From Escherichia phage 172-1: a stretch of DNA of 64,000 nt. Shown piece by piece: positions 8,708 to 19,501 of the stretch. The stretch's first letter is position 1; every line of letters begins with the position of its first letter. The notes below the pieces were generated by a model. That model saw only the letters and a program-made list of their open reading frames with translations, was not told where the DNA came from and searched no databases. The position numbers and the translations under genes were made by a program. Location of the stretch: the sequence record NC_028903.1. One strand, given 5' to 3'.

Positions 8708-10915
8708 ATGGCTAGAGAATTAATGCCCAAATCTGGCATAATGATGCCTCATGTAGTTGTGACTAGAGATGCGGCAGTTGTTGGTGTTTCTACAGTAGAT
8801 GGTCAGGCAGGAGCTGTGAATCTGACTGATAAATACTTACAGAAGACAGACGCAGCTGCTACATATCAAACTAAAGTGGAAGGAGCATCTAAAGATTTTG
8901 TACTGGATTCGATTCAACCTATTATGTCTGGTGCCCTATTCAGGGAAGATCCTTGGGTTGTTAACGACACTCCTTTCCGTTCTACTGGCGCTAACGGTGT
9001 AGAGTCAGTTGATATGATGAAGGTTACTTCTGATAACTCAATCAAGATTGGTAGCTATGCCTCTTCAGTTCAAGGGGTAGAGATTCATTCTGCCGGACGT
9101 CTTCAAGTAGTAGACCAGAACGACTCTGGAGTAGAAACTAAATATCCAGTTTATTCTAAACGTTATCGCCCAGAGATTGAGGATTTGCCTTTTGCTGCAA
9201 TTGGTTCTTATGTCAAAGATTCTAAGGGTCGTACTGTTGGGGTTACTCGTACAGGGATTAACTCTGATATCAAACAACTCACACAGAAGGTTACTTTCTC
9301 TCAACCTGTAACTGTTCCTGATGCAGTTGGAGATTATGATGCAGTTACTTTGAGGCAGCTTCGTAATAGCGGTGGTGGTTCTGGTGGTCCTACAATGAGT
9401 GGCATTTCTAACTTTGGGGTTGGGGATTTTCATTTACGTGATAGTCGTGCTTTCATCCCAGCTTTTGAGGTGGTGTCTGATGGTCAGCTTTTAAACCGCG
9501 CTGACTATCCAGATCTGTGGGCTTACGCTCAGCTCTTATCCCCTATTTCTGACGAGGTTTGGAAATCCTCAATGTACAACAGAGGTAAGTACTCTACTGG
9601 CGACGGTTCTACTACTTTCCGCGTCCCTGACCGAAATGGTGTGCAGAGAAATGGTGTTAATGGCTTTACTGGTGAAGACTCTCTCGGTGCCTTATATGGT
9701 AGAGGTGATGGTGGAGGGTCTTCTAGCAATGGCCTCGTTTTTGATTCAGCAGCGCCTAATATCACTGGTTTTATTAGAACAGCTACAAATGCTTCTGTTT
9801 TCGAGTCTGGGTTAAATGGAACATCTGGTGTTTTTTATGGAGAAGAGTTTCAGAGGTATGCAAACATACAGCCAACAGAGGGGGCGACAAGCTCCTACCC
9901 AAGAACTGTCCAGTTTAATGCATCTAGGAGTAGCCCTATCTATGGACGCTCTGATGGTGAAATCATGGGTCGTAACTTTGTTGGTGTTTGGACTATTCGT
10001 GCTCATGGTGGCTTTACTGCTGCTAACACTTCTTGGTCTGTTATTAATAGTGATGCTTCAGAACAACCTTCAGGTACTCCTATTACTGGTGGATTGGTTT
10101 CTTCTAAGTATGTAGTTGGAGGTGTGGATAAGTATCGGTCTTCTATCCAGTTGATAGGGTCTAATGAAGTTGATTTATCAACTAGAATTACGACTATAAA
10201 TGATAGATATTCCATCGGGGCTGCAACTTGGGATTTTAAGTTAGATGGTAAACTTGTGTTCAACAAGAGTCTGAATCCTATGGGAACAGGGAATTCTCCT
10301 GGAAACACCTATTTAACTCTAGCTAATACTTGGATGAGTTCTTCATACGCTGGATATGTAGGGCTTGTTGGTGGTGGGGTTGGGGTTTCTAACGGAGGTT
10401 GGAGAAACTTCATTTCTTTAGGCGCTCTAATCTACCCGAACAGTGCTCACCCAACTGCTGTTATTTCTCAGGTTTATGACTATGACCTTCCTACAGGAAA
10501 TCAACCTAATGGAGATATTGTCAGAAACACCTCTTTCAATGCGGAGAGCTATGATATCACTTTCGGGAACAACAGTGGGACTACTAATTACATCTTCAGT
10601 AAATCTCCAGTCTCTGACGAGCGTCTAAAACATAGCATCAAAGAGGAGGGGACAGCCACAGCTCTTTCTAACCTAAACAAGATGGAGTATAAAACCTTTA
10701 TCTATAATTATGATGAGAAAGCAACTGTAAGGCGTGGGTTTATTGCCCAGCAACTTGAAGCTATTGACCCTCAATATGTTAGGAAGTATAAAACCTTCAA
10801 AGGTACTGATACCCTAGCTTTAGATGAGAATGTGTTGCTTTTAGATGCAATTGCTGCTATCCAAGAGCTTTCTAAAAAGGTTGAGGCTTTAGAAGCAAAA
10901 CTAGCAGAGAAGTAA
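8708..10915 (+). CDS. tail spike or fiber with C-terminal intramolecular chaperone (peptidase S74-like) domain
   Basis: 735 aa; C-terminal ~100 aa begins VSDERLKHSIKEEG and ends in a coiled coil, matching the autoproteolytic chaperone domain of endosialidase-type spikes. Confidence 0.6.
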   Translation: MARELMPKSGIMMPHVVVTRDAAVVGVSTVDGQAGAVNLTDKYLQKTDAAATYQTKVEGASKDFVLDSIQPIMSGALFREDPWVVNDTPFRSTGANGVESVDMMKVTSDNSIKIGSYASSVQGVEIHSAGRLQVVDQNDSGVETKYPVYSKRYRPEIEDLPFAAIGSYVKDSKGRTVGVTRTGINSDIKQLTQKVTFSQPVTVPDAVGDYDAVTLRQLRNSGGGSGGPTMSGISNFGVGDFHLRDSRAFIPAFEVVSDGQLLNRADYPDLWAYAQLLSPISDEVWKSSMYNRGKYSTGDGSTTFRVPDRNGVQRNGVNGFTGEDSLGALYGRGDGGGSSSNGLVFDSAAPNITGFIRTATNASVFESGLNGTSGVFYGEEFQRYANIQPTEGATSSYPRTVQFNASRSSPIYGRSDGEIMGRNFVGVWTIRAHGGFTAANTSWSVINSDASEQPSGTPITGGLVSSKYVVGGVDKYRSSIQLIGSNEVDLSTRITTINDRYSIGAATWDFKLDGKLVFNKSLNPMGTGNSPGNTYLTLANTWMSSSYAGYVGLVGGGVGVSNGGWRNFISLGALIYPNSAHPTAVISQVYDYDLPTGNQPNGDIVRNTSFNAESYDITFGNNSGTTNYIFSKSPVSDERLKHSIKEEGTATALSNLNKMEYKTFIYNYDEKATVRRGFIAQQLEAIDPQYVRKYKTFKGTDTLALDENVLLLDAIAAIQELSKKVEALEAKLAEK

Positions 10916-10919
10916 GATA

Positions 10920-10937
10920 AGCCCCTTCGGGGGCTTT
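10920..10937 (+). terminator. UUCG-tetraloop hairpin, weak terminator
   Basis: agcccc-ttcg-ggggct then tt. Confidence 0.35.
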
Positions 10938-10986
10938 AGTAGTGAGTACCCTTAGTAAGTAATGAAACTAATATATCCCAAGAGGT

Positions 10987-10995
10987 TAATATATA
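10987..10995 (+). promoter_or_regulatory. TAATATATA promoter-like motif (1 mismatch to TAATGTATA)
   Basis: 12 nt upstream of the ATG at 11008, ahead of the lysis genes. Confidence 0.25.
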
Positions 10996-11007
10996 GGAGA
11001 CAATCAA

Positions 11008-11226
11008 ATGAAAATGATGAAACAGGCTGCATACGGTTTAATCTGTTTAGGTGCAGGTGTTGTGGTGTCAACCGCAGTTCCTGTAAGCGCAGTTCATCCA
11101 TTAGTAACTGTCCCTGCTCCAGTAGAGAAGCTTAGCTCTCAATGTAAGCAGAGAACAATTCAAAATAACCTAGTTGTTATTTGTCCTGATGCTGAATCTA
11201 ACGCTCTGAGAAAGATACTACCTTAA
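11008..11226 (+). CDS. small membrane or secreted protein, holin candidate
   Basis: 72 aa with one N-terminal hydrophobic segment AAYGLICLGAGVVVSTAVPVSAV, directly upstream of endolysin. Confidence 0.3.
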   Translation: MKMMKQAAYGLICLGAGVVVSTAVPVSAVHPLVTVPAPVEKLSSQCKQRTIQNNLVVICPDAESNALRKILP

Positions 11227-11254
11227 TTTAAAGGGACTACAAAGGAGGTTAGAA

Positions 11255-11746
11255 ATGGATAACGCCGCATTGCCACCTGTACAACTAAACTTAAGCCCAG
11301 CTGGAATGGAATTCATCATGAAGCATGAGGGTATGAGAACCAAAGCTTATAAAGATTCCGCAGGTATCTGGACGATATGTGTAGGGGCTACGCGCGATAT
11401 GAATGGTTATCCGGTTAGACAAGGATTAACGTATTCTATAGAGGATTGTCTAGCTCTGCTAGATAGAGACACACAAGACTCTGTTCGTGCTACTCAGAAG
11501 AACATAAAGGTTCCTTTACTAGTTCACGAGTTTGATGCACTCACTTCTTTCAACTTCAATGTTGGCAGTGGTGCTTTGAGAACATCTAAGTTAAGGAAGG
11601 TTATCAATGGAGAAGTGAAAGGGGATGTTTATTCCGAATTTCTTCGTTGGGATAAAATAACGGTCAGGGGAGAAAAGCAGAGAAGTCAGGGTCTTCATAA
11701 CAGAAGGGTTGCAGAAGCTGATCTTTACACTGAAGGTAAATATTAA
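11255..11746 (+). CDS. endolysin, GH24 (T4-type) lysozyme
   Basis: MEFIMKHEGMRTKAYKDSAGIWTICVGAT... matches the E/D/T catalytic region and fold signature of phage lysozymes. Confidence 0.75.
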   Translation: MDNAALPPVQLNLSPAGMEFIMKHEGMRTKAYKDSAGIWTICVGATRDMNGYPVRQGLTYSIEDCLALLDRDTQDSVRATQKNIKVPLLVHEFDALTSFNFNVGSGALRTSKLRKVINGEVKGDVYSEFLRWDKITVRGEKQRSQGLHNRRVAEADLYTEGKY

Positions 11747-11758
11747 TGGAGGTGCCTT

Positions 11759-12562
11759 TTGGCTATCGAAACTAATGCGGTAGTTATTACCGACTTAAAC
11801 CCACTCTATCCTAGAGACAGGGATTACATCTACGAAGGGGCGGCTCAAATCCGCCTCATTAAACAAACACTACAGAATACATTCCCCAATGTTACAGAAC
11901 CAGTTGATATAGATTCTGATACCTTTAAGATTATGTCAGAGAAGCTCAAGTTTACTGGCGATGCAATGGATGTTGGTGGTCTGATGATTAAGAACGTCAC
12001 TCCGGGGACTGGTGACAAAGATGTTGTTACTAAGGGTCAGATGGAAGCGTTCATGAAGAACTGGATGGAGAATAAACTCTATCGAATTGGCTCTTACTAT
12101 ATCACTGAAGAAGATATTAACCCCGGTGATTCTATCTCCTTAGGGTTTGGCTCTTGGGCTAAAGTGACTGGTGTTATCATGGGTACTGGTGTTGTAAACC
12201 CTGATGGCTCTGTTCCTAATGCTCAGAGAGTTGAGTTCCAAGCAGGTGGCACAGGTGGTCGTGTCTTCAATACTATTCGTACAGAGAACGTACCTTTGAT
12301 GACAGTTAATGGCTCTAGCTTCTCCTTATCCAGCAACACCCATAGTCACAACATGGTGTTTGGTCGTGGGGATGCTAGTGGTCATAACAGCTCACCTAAC
12401 TGGTATAGTCCGGGTGGTGGTTACAGTCAGAGAACAGAGAATGATACACACTCTCATACAATCTCTGGTAGTGTAAGTCTTGGTCGTGATGATATCTCTC
12501 GTCAACCTATTAACACTTTGCCACCATTCAGAGCGGCTCACATTTGGAGACGTATTAGCTAA
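11759..12562 (+). CDS. virion or tail-associated protein, hypothetical
   Basis: 267-aa ORF in the structural block, no recognised motif. Confidence 0.4.
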   Translation: MAIETNAVVITDLNPLYPRDRDYIYEGAAQIRLIKQTLQNTFPNVTEPVDIDSDTFKIMSEKLKFTGDAMDVGGLMIKNVTPGTGDKDVVTKGQMEAFMKNWMENKLYRIGSYYITEEDINPGDSISLGFGSWAKVTGVIMGTGVVNPDGSVPNAQRVEFQAGGTGGRVFNTIRTENVPLMTVNGSSFSLSSNTHSHNMVFGRGDASGHNSSPNWYSPGGGYSQRTENDTHSHTISGSVSLGRDDISRQPINTLPPFRAAHIWRRIS

Positions 12563-12571
12563 GGAGGAATT

Positions 12572-15500
12572 ATGGCGCTGTATCCAATAAAGTCACTAGG
12601 TGCTGTAGGCGTTATCGCTGATCAAGCTCCGACAGACTTAGCTCCTAATGCTTTCACTAATGCTATAAATGCTCGATTTGTTGAGCAGAGAGTATTTAAG
12701 ACGGGGGGCAATGCCCCTCTTTCTTATGTAGACGAAGATAAGGACTTAACCCCTCTGTCTTTCGTGTCTATGCCTTTCGATTATTATAGCGCAGGTAATA
12801 GCTTTCTTGTTGTAGGTACGGATAAGAAGTTATATAAACTGACAGATGAAAGCTTGACTGACATTAGCCGTAAGGTTGCTACAGTCACTAAAAAGGCTTC
12901 TGCCTCAATTAAGATTTATCCAGTTGTTTCTCAAATCGTTCCTAAAGAATCAACCATCTCAATGAACTTCAATCAGACTAAGAATCTAGAAGTTTCTCTT
13001 CTTCCTGCTGATGCTAACAATACCGATCTTGTTTGGGAGGTTAGTAATTCAACCTATGGGAGTATTACAGTAGACCCTGATGATTCTAAACTTGCTACTC
13101 TAACATCTTTTGAGAGAGAGGGTAATCTTGTAGTAACCATCTCTACTGCTGATGATTCTGTAGTGGCTCAGATTGCTGTGAACATTATAGATGGTGATTC
13201 AGGCATCTTCTTGAGTCAAGATACTGTTACTATCCGTAAAGGAGGGACTACCACTCTTACGGCTGTTACTGGTAAAACCCCTGTAACTTGGTCCAGCAGC
13301 AATGCTTCTATTGTATCCGTAACCCCTAACGCTAATTCCCTAACTGCTGTTATTGCTGCTAATGGTGAGGGCAATGTAACAATCACTGCTGATAATGGAA
13401 CGAAGACTGCTTCTTGTGAGGTTGTTTCCATTCCTCAGATTGACAGTATCACTTTAAGCCAGTCAGATGTGATAGTTAGTAGAGGTTCTCAATACATCTT
13501 AACTGCTACCCTTTCTCCTGCTAACGCCCCTAATCAAAACATTACTTGGACTTCTTCTAATCCAAATATTGCAACAGTATCAGGGACCAGCACACAAGGG
13601 ACGATCAATGCTTTACTTGCAGGCTTTACTGAGATTACGGCTACCACTGAAGAAGGTAACAGGGTTGCTGTCTGTACTGTACGTGTAGATTTAGCTGGTA
13701 GGACAATGAGAACAAGTGCTATGGCATTTGCTGCTCCTGTATCAGAGCCAATTGGATCACAAGAGGAAGAAGTAGTAACTCCACCTGAAAGTGAAGAGAC
13801 GGTTTATTTTGCTGAGCCTACGTCTGGTATTGACACATCTGGTATGTACGAAGGTAACAGCTTCTACGACTATTCTAACGTAAACGATATTGAAGGTTTT
13901 GCAAGAGCTTCTTTGTTCGCAACTCCTTTGTCATCCGTAACCTTAGATGTTGTCAGCGCTTCTCTCGATGTTGGTGAAGAGATTGTTATCACAGCTACAG
14001 CTTCTCCAGAAGGTGAGTATTCCTATCAGTGGTCTGTTGATAAGACTGGTTATGTTTCTACAACTTCAGTTACTGGTAAATCTATCAAACTGGTTGCTCT
14101 TCGTAAAGGAGAGGTTAACGTAACATGTACTGTCAGTCAGATGACTCAGAAGGATTACGATGCTTTTGATGACTATCCTTGGTATCACGCTGTTATCTCT
14201 AACTGTGCAGTTGCTACAACCCACTATGAAACTCCTCAGGTAAAAGAATTCGAATCAGAATACTTTGTAGACCTTCCGGGATGGGGTGAGCAAACAGTTG
14301 TTGATAACGATGGAAACCCTTCAGTCAAGAAGTTTAACTGGAAATGTGAGAGAGTAAGATCTTTTAACAACCGTCTTTTTGCTCTGAATATGAGAGAGGC
14401 TAATGCTTCTGGTGTTACCACTAACTACCCGCTTCGTCTTCGTTGGTCTAACTTTGCCAATGAGAACAAAGCTCCTACACTGTGGGATGACTTTGCCTAT
14501 GATCGAGTTGTGTCTTCGGACTTAGCTTCTAATATCGTAGGACAGACTCAGGCTTTGGAGAATGGGTATGCTGGTTACATTGACCTAGCGGACTCTAATG
14601 GTAGCTTGATTGATATTCTTCCTCTTAAAGATTACTTGTTCGTTTATACAGAGTTTGAAACGTATATTGGTTCTCCGACTAATAACACATACCAACCTCT
14701 GATGTTCAAGAAACTCTTTAATGACTCTGGTATCCTTGCTCCTGAGTGTGTGGTTGAAGTAGAAGGTAGCCACTTCGTAGTTACTCAGAACGATGTAATC
14801 CTACACAATGGTGCAACCAAGAAGTCAATTGCATCTAACCGTGTTAAGAACATGCTGATTAATGAGGTGTGTCTGGTTAACCCTCTAGCAACTCGAGTAC
14901 ACTTGCATCAGGATAAGAAAGAAGTTTGGGTTCTCTATGTAGGTCCGGGAGAGCCGAAAGAAAGCTTCGCTTGCACTAAAGCTGCTGTATGGAACTACGA
15001 GTTTGATACTTGGTCTTTCCGTACTATCCCTTATGCTCAGTGTATCGGTCTGGTTGATCCTCCTGTTCTAGAGAGAGGTCCAATCTGGTCTGACTTCCAA
15101 GAGATCACTTGGGATGACCCATCTATCAAAGAACTCGTTTGGAGAAAGGATGCAACAAACTTTAGACAGAGGGTTACGATAGTAGGTTCGTTCTTGAGGG
15201 GATTCTACCAAGTGGATGTAGGTGCTCTTGATTATTTCTATGACAGGTTAAATGATGTTGTTATAGAGAAGCCTCTGGAGATGAGGTTGGAGAGAACTGG
15301 TCTAGATTTTGATAATGTGACAAATGAGTGGAATCAGAAGCATATTAACAGATTCCGTCCTCAGACAACCGGCTCAGGCACTTATACCTTTGAAGCTGGA
15401 GGTAGTCAATTCTCAAATGAATATGGACACCCACACACATCTAAGACTTATACAATCGGTGTTGACAGGCATGTCTCGGTGAGACTGAACCATCCATACC

Positions 15501-15589
15501 TTTTCTATAATGTTATAGATAATGATGTTAACAGTAATGCTGCTATCAATGGGTTAACGATAGAGTTTGCTGTTGGCGGACGGAGATAA
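12572..15589 (+). CDS. large virion protein with multiple Big_2 Ig-like domains
   Basis: 1005 aa; repeated Ig-like segments (VTIRKGGTTTLTAVTG..., ITLSQSDVIVSRGSQYILTATLSPANAPNQNITWTSSN...). Confidence 0.55.
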   Translation: MALYPIKSLGAVGVIADQAPTDLAPNAFTNAINARFVEQRVFKTGGNAPLSYVDEDKDLTPLSFVSMPFDYYSAGNSFLVVGTDKKLYKLTDESLTDISRKVATVTKKASASIKIYPVVSQIVPKESTISMNFNQTKNLEVSLLPADANNTDLVWEVSNSTYGSITVDPDDSKLATLTSFEREGNLVVTISTADDSVVAQIAVNIIDGDSGIFLSQDTVTIRKGGTTTLTAVTGKTPVTWSSSNASIVSVTPNANSLTAVIAANGEGNVTITADNGTKTASCEVVSIPQIDSITLSQSDVIVSRGSQYILTATLSPANAPNQNITWTSSNPNIATVSGTSTQGTINALLAGFTEITATTEEGNRVAVCTVRVDLAGRTMRTSAMAFAAPVSEPIGSQEEEVVTPPESEETVYFAEPTSGIDTSGMYEGNSFYDYSNVNDIEGFARASLFATPLSSVTLDVVSASLDVGEEIVITATASPEGEYSYQWSVDKTGYVSTTSVTGKSIKLVALRKGEVNVTCTVSQMTQKDYDAFDDYPWYHAVISNCAVATTHYETPQVKEFESEYFVDLPGWGEQTVVDNDGNPSVKKFNWKCERVRSFNNRLFALNMREANASGVTTNYPLRLRWSNFANENKAPTLWDDFAYDRVVSSDLASNIVGQTQALENGYAGYIDLADSNGSLIDILPLKDYLFVYTEFETYIGSPTNNTYQPLMFKKLFNDSGILAPECVVEVEGSHFVVTQNDVILHNGATKKSIASNRVKNMLINEVCLVNPLATRVHLHQDKKEVWVLYVGPGEPKESFACTKAAVWNYEFDTWSFRTIPYAQCIGLVDPPVLERGPIWSDFQEITWDDPSIKELVWRKDATNFRQRVTIVGSFLRGFYQVDVGALDYFYDRLNDVVIEKPLEMRLERTGLDFDNVTNEWNQKHINRFRPQTTGSGTYTFEAGGSQFSNEYGHPHTSKTYTIGVDRHVSVRLNHPYLFYNVIDNDVNSNAAINGLTIEFAVGGRR

Positions 15590-15595
15590 CAACAA

Positions 15596-15620
15596 GGGGC
15601 TTCGTGCCCCTTTTATTGTT
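15596..15620 (+). terminator. rho-independent terminator
   Basis: ggggc-ttcg-tgcccc followed by ttttattgtt. Confidence 0.6.
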
Positions 15621-15632
15621 TTGGAGGAACTT

Positions 15633-16601
15633 ATGGGTGCAGGTGGTTTTCGTAAGAACACTGGTCGTAATAACACCACACTCCCGTACAACGTTGGGTT
15701 TCTCAATAATGTACAGGACACAGAAACATATAACGTAGCCGTATATGACGAGCTACAGAAAGTCAGTACAGCTACTAACCAAATGTTCCAAGCTATTGAT
15801 GAGATTCACGATGAGATTGATGTTCGTATCAAAGCTCTTCATGCGATGAATCTACAATTTGATGAGCTTGAGAACAGAATTACCACAGAGATTGAAACAG
15901 CTATCGCAGATATTATAACACAGATGGGGAATCTCTCCACTGAAGATATTTGGGATAATTCTGTTCAACCTCCTGTAAAATTAGAAAGCACTGTATCTGG
16001 CTTTAAGACAAGTATTGAAGGTAACACAACTAAGATTCAAACGGTAGAAGGGATTGTTAACGACCAAGGTCAAGAGATTGCTTTAGTTCAGACAGAGATT
16101 CAAAATATCAATGGAAGCCTCTCTCAGTATATGAAGCTTTCTGAGTATGAAGCTACTTGGGGTGTTAACTCTACGGTCAACGGAAGATACGCTGGGGTCA
16201 AGTTAACTAACAACGGAACAAACAGTCAATTCCAAGTAACAGCTAACAAGTTTATTGTTGGTGATGGCAGCTCTGGTAATACCCCTTTTGTATTTGAAGG
16301 CGGAAGAGCTAGGATGGAATTCGCTGACATAAAGAACGTCAACATCACAACAGCTCAGATTGCCAACGCTAGAATTCAATGGGCACAGATTGATAACGTA
16401 TCTATCTCCAATGCTCAAATTCAGAACTTATCAGCGGATAAAATCACTGCTGGTTCTATGTGGGGTTCTAACTGGAGACTTACTGTTGGGGGTGACTTTG
16501 TTATGGGTGGCACAGGTGGTTCTCAGTTGTGGATGAATGGTAATAGAATAGATTTTTATGATGGGAGTGGAACTCTTCGCATAAGAATAGGGAGTTGGTA
16601 A
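15633..16601 (+). CDS. virion protein, hypothetical
   Basis: listed ORF 15567..16601 trimmed to the ATG at 15633, which has RBS ggagg and lies after the terminator. Confidence 0.45.
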   Translation: MGAGGFRKNTGRNNTTLPYNVGFLNNVQDTETYNVAVYDELQKVSTATNQMFQAIDEIHDEIDVRIKALHAMNLQFDELENRITTEIETAIADIITQMGNLSTEDIWDNSVQPPVKLESTVSGFKTSIEGNTTKIQTVEGIVNDQGQEIALVQTEIQNINGSLSQYMKLSEYEATWGVNSTVNGRYAGVKLTNNGTNSQFQVTANKFIVGDGSSGNTPFVFEGGRARMEFADIKNVNITTAQIANARIQWAQIDNVSISNAQIQNLSADKITAGSMWGSNWRLTVGGDFVMGGTGGSQLWMNGNRIDFYDGSGTLRIRIGSW

Positions 16602-16602
16602 T

Positions 16603-17637
16603 ATGGCGTATGGAATATGGACAAGACCGGTCGGTCCGGGGCCAGCAGCACCTGCTGATATTTACATTGACAGTGGTAGCACATTCCCTCAGTTAAGAAA
16701 CAGGGTCAGTGGTAATTTTTCTTTTAATGGTAACACATGTGATCTACCTATAAGCGGTTGGGATGGAAGTGGTCAGATAGTTGTAGTCCCAACAGGGTCT
16801 GTTGTTTGGGAGAGATACATACCTCCTAATGTAACATCTGATGTGTATTGGCTAACGGATATATCTGTTATTAATAACTCAACCTTCAGAGTTACTATGG
16901 ATTATAATGTAAACGGTTGGGTATTTGATATGGCTTTTAATGTATATCAAATATGGCCTAGAGCTAACAGGAACTATGGAATCACATTCTCCAACTCTGC
17001 TGACTATTTCTCAATCTCTGATTCTGGAGTTGTTGGTCAATGTATTTGGGCTTGGGAGGGTGACATAAATGGTGCTCTTCAAATACCAGATATTGGTGGT
17101 TTTGATATGAGCCGAGCAACTGTCTACGCGAATTGGAGTAACGGCGGAGCAGGTCTGCTATACAACCCATCCAATAGGGTTGTTTATGTGTACCAGAACA
17201 GGTCTCATGATAATGGTAACACAAACCAAACAGGGTACATTGGTGGTGTTAGGATTGCCGTCTTCTGTGATGGTTCGGGAGTACCAACCCACAATGGAGG
17301 TTTAAATATCTTTTCTCCAAATGGGTCTCAGTGTGTTTTTTCTACATATAGAACCCCTTTTAGTGTTGAGGGGTTTATGCCTATGAGTGGTGGTAACACA
17401 TCTTTGGCCTATCCAATGATACCTCTATCTTATGGTGCTGGAGCAATAAGAGGTAAGGCTAGTGGTTGGTATTTTCAACACACAAGATCTCACATGATGA
17501 ATGGCTCTTCTTTTGGTACAGGTTTCGGAAGGATGATTTACTCTTGGAGTAGTCAATATGATTTAGGAGGGGGTGGTGCCCTCGGGTTAAGTATTCCAAT
17601 ATTAGATGCTAGAAAGATATTCAGGAGTATACAATAA
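16603..17637 (+). CDS. virion protein, hypothetical
   Basis: 344-aa ORF, start overlaps the previous stop. Confidence 0.4.
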   Translation: MAYGIWTRPVGPGPAAPADIYIDSGSTFPQLRNRVSGNFSFNGNTCDLPISGWDGSGQIVVVPTGSVVWERYIPPNVTSDVYWLTDISVINNSTFRVTMDYNVNGWVFDMAFNVYQIWPRANRNYGITFSNSADYFSISDSGVVGQCIWAWEGDINGALQIPDIGGFDMSRATVYANWSNGGAGLLYNPSNRVVYVYQNRSHDNGNTNQTGYIGGVRIAVFCDGSGVPTHNGGLNIFSPNGSQCVFSTYRTPFSVEGFMPMSGGNTSLAYPMIPLSYGAGAIRGKASGWYFQHTRSHMMNGSSFGTGFGRMIYSWSSQYDLGGGGALGLSIPILDARKIFRSIQ

Positions 17638-17646
17638 GGAGATATT

Positions 17647-18429
17647 ATGGCAATTAGAATGGGTATCGAAGAACTAGACCCAATGGTACAGCAAGCTTCA
17701 AAGAAGTATGGGATTCCTGCTGCTTTGATTCATGCTGTAATCCAAAGAGAGTCTAGTGGACGTCCTAAAGTAGCCTCTGGAACTGGTCCTGTAGGTCTAA
17801 TGCAGATCAGTAAAGGGTTGGCTAAAGACTATGGATACAAACTAGAAGATAGACTGGACCCAGCAAAGAATATTGACATGGGTGCTCGTTATATCAGAGA
17901 TAACTTAAAAGCTTTTAATGGTGATGTTAAGAAAGCAATGGTTGGTTACTCTGAAGGGACAGGGGGTGCTAGGCAGATGTTTGCTGGTAAGAAAGGGTTT
18001 ACCCCTCAGGCTCTAGACTCAATGAACAATAAACATTTTCTTCCTTTTTACGGTGATGCAGCTTCTCAGATTGCTAACCCAATTGGGGCTTTACAAGCTG
18101 TTCAACCAGCCAATCAGTTTAATCCTGACCTGTTAGATAGAGAGAAGGCTGCACAAGCTCCCACTCAGGCAGAGATTGCTGCTTCTAAGACGGGTGCTTT
18201 AGGTGGTAATCCGGTAGAGTTTTACTCTGATGAAGTACAGGAGGGTGAAGACCAGAAGCCTCAACAGAACTTTGGTAATGCAGTATTAGGAGTAGCTGCT
18301 ATGCTTGCTGGTAAACCTCCTACTTCTCAAACAGTTCAGAGGGCAAGTGCACCTCATGCAGCAGGTTCTCAGTACAGTCCACAAACACAAGCAGTGCTTA
18401 GACGTTTGGCTAGCATTGGTGTTAAGTAA
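17647..18429 (+). CDS. lytic transglycosylase (SLT domain) virion protein
   Basis: ALIHAVIQRESSGRPKVASGTGPVGLMQISKGLAKDYGY matches the SLT catalytic region (ES...GLMQ). Confidence 0.65.
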   Translation: MAIRMGIEELDPMVQQASKKYGIPAALIHAVIQRESSGRPKVASGTGPVGLMQISKGLAKDYGYKLEDRLDPAKNIDMGARYIRDNLKAFNGDVKKAMVGYSEGTGGARQMFAGKKGFTPQALDSMNNKHFLPFYGDAASQIANPIGALQAVQPANQFNPDLLDREKAAQAPTQAEIAASKTGALGGNPVEFYSDEVQEGEDQKPQQNFGNAVLGVAAMLAGKPPTSQTVQRASAPHAAGSQYSPQTQAVLRRLASIGVK

Positions 18430-18448
18430 TAGTCATTAAGGAGGACTT

Positions 18449-19501
18449 ATGTCTTTATTTGGAAAATCAGCTTCTAGCAAAACCACAGTGGCTCCTTCCT
18501 CTCAGGTTGATGCCCTGCTGAAGCAGATTGTTGCTAATGCTCAGAATATGCAGAACAACGATCAGGGATTTATTTCCCAACAGCTGGCTGGGTTTAATGG
18601 CAACCAACAAGGTGCTCTGAATAACTTAGCAGCTTCTACAACTCAAAAACAATTGGCTGATATGTACACACCTCGTACACAGCAAGGTTTGGACCAACTG
18701 AACTCTCTTGCCAAACAGTATCAGAATATTGTTAATGGTGGCGGTTTAACTGCTGATGGTGTTAACAACTTTAGTAAAGGATTAAATAGCTCAGCTCTTT
18801 CTCAGGCTACTAGCAAAGCAGCTTCTAATGTTTCTCTTGGCAATGGCTCTGATTCAGGCTCTCTCCGTAGGGCTGCGGCTCAAGGGGCGGCTTTGAATGG
18901 TGCTAATACAAATCTATCTCGTACCATCAATGGTAAGAACATGGGAATCAGTGCTCTTCAACAAGACCAGAACTTCCAGAGAGGTTTGCTTGGTGCTCAG
19001 TCTGGTTTAGCTGGACAGAATCTCAATCTTGGTGCTCAAGGTGTTCAGTCAACTCAGCAAGCTATCCAGAATCAACTTATGGCTGGTAATCTACAACAGC
19101 AACAAGCTCAAGCTCAAGCAGATATCAATTGGCAAAACGCTATTGGTTCTCAGCAGTATGGATGGAATCAGCTTAACAACCAGCTTAATGTATTAAACAG
19201 TGTAAGCCCGATGGCTGGATACACAATTAAGAATGCTGCTCCGGGAGTTAATACTGGACAACAGCTCCTAGGTGCTGGTATCACTGGCTTGGGTATTGCA
19301 GGTCGTTTGGGTGCTTTCTCTCCTAACCAACAGACCCAGAATGCTTGGAGTTCCTATAACAACTCAGGTGGGCAGTCTGGTATGGCTGGTCCTATGATTG
19401 GAGGTTCTAATCTTTCTCAACAGAAAGGTCAGTCTAACTGGTTATCCACAACGGGTAATAATATCTTAGGCGGCGTCTTAGGGGCATTCGGAGCAAACTA
19501 A
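18449..19501 (+). CDS. Gln/Asn/Gly-rich low-complexity virion protein
   Basis: 350 aa; paralogous to the next ORF (shared MxLFG..SKTT N-terminus and GFN.NQ..ALNNLA motif). Confidence 0.5.
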   Translation: MSLFGKSASSKTTVAPSSQVDALLKQIVANAQNMQNNDQGFISQQLAGFNGNQQGALNNLAASTTQKQLADMYTPRTQQGLDQLNSLAKQYQNIVNGGGLTADGVNNFSKGLNSSALSQATSKAASNVSLGNGSDSGSLRRAAAQGAALNGANTNLSRTINGKNMGISALQQDQNFQRGLLGAQSGLAGQNLNLGAQGVQSTQQAIQNQLMAGNLQQQQAQAQADINWQNAIGSQQYGWNQLNNQLNVLNSVSPMAGYTIKNAAPGVNTGQQLLGAGITGLGIAGRLGAFSPNQQTQNAWSSYNNSGGQSGMAGPMIGGSNLSQQKGQSNWLSTTGNNILGGVLGAFGAN

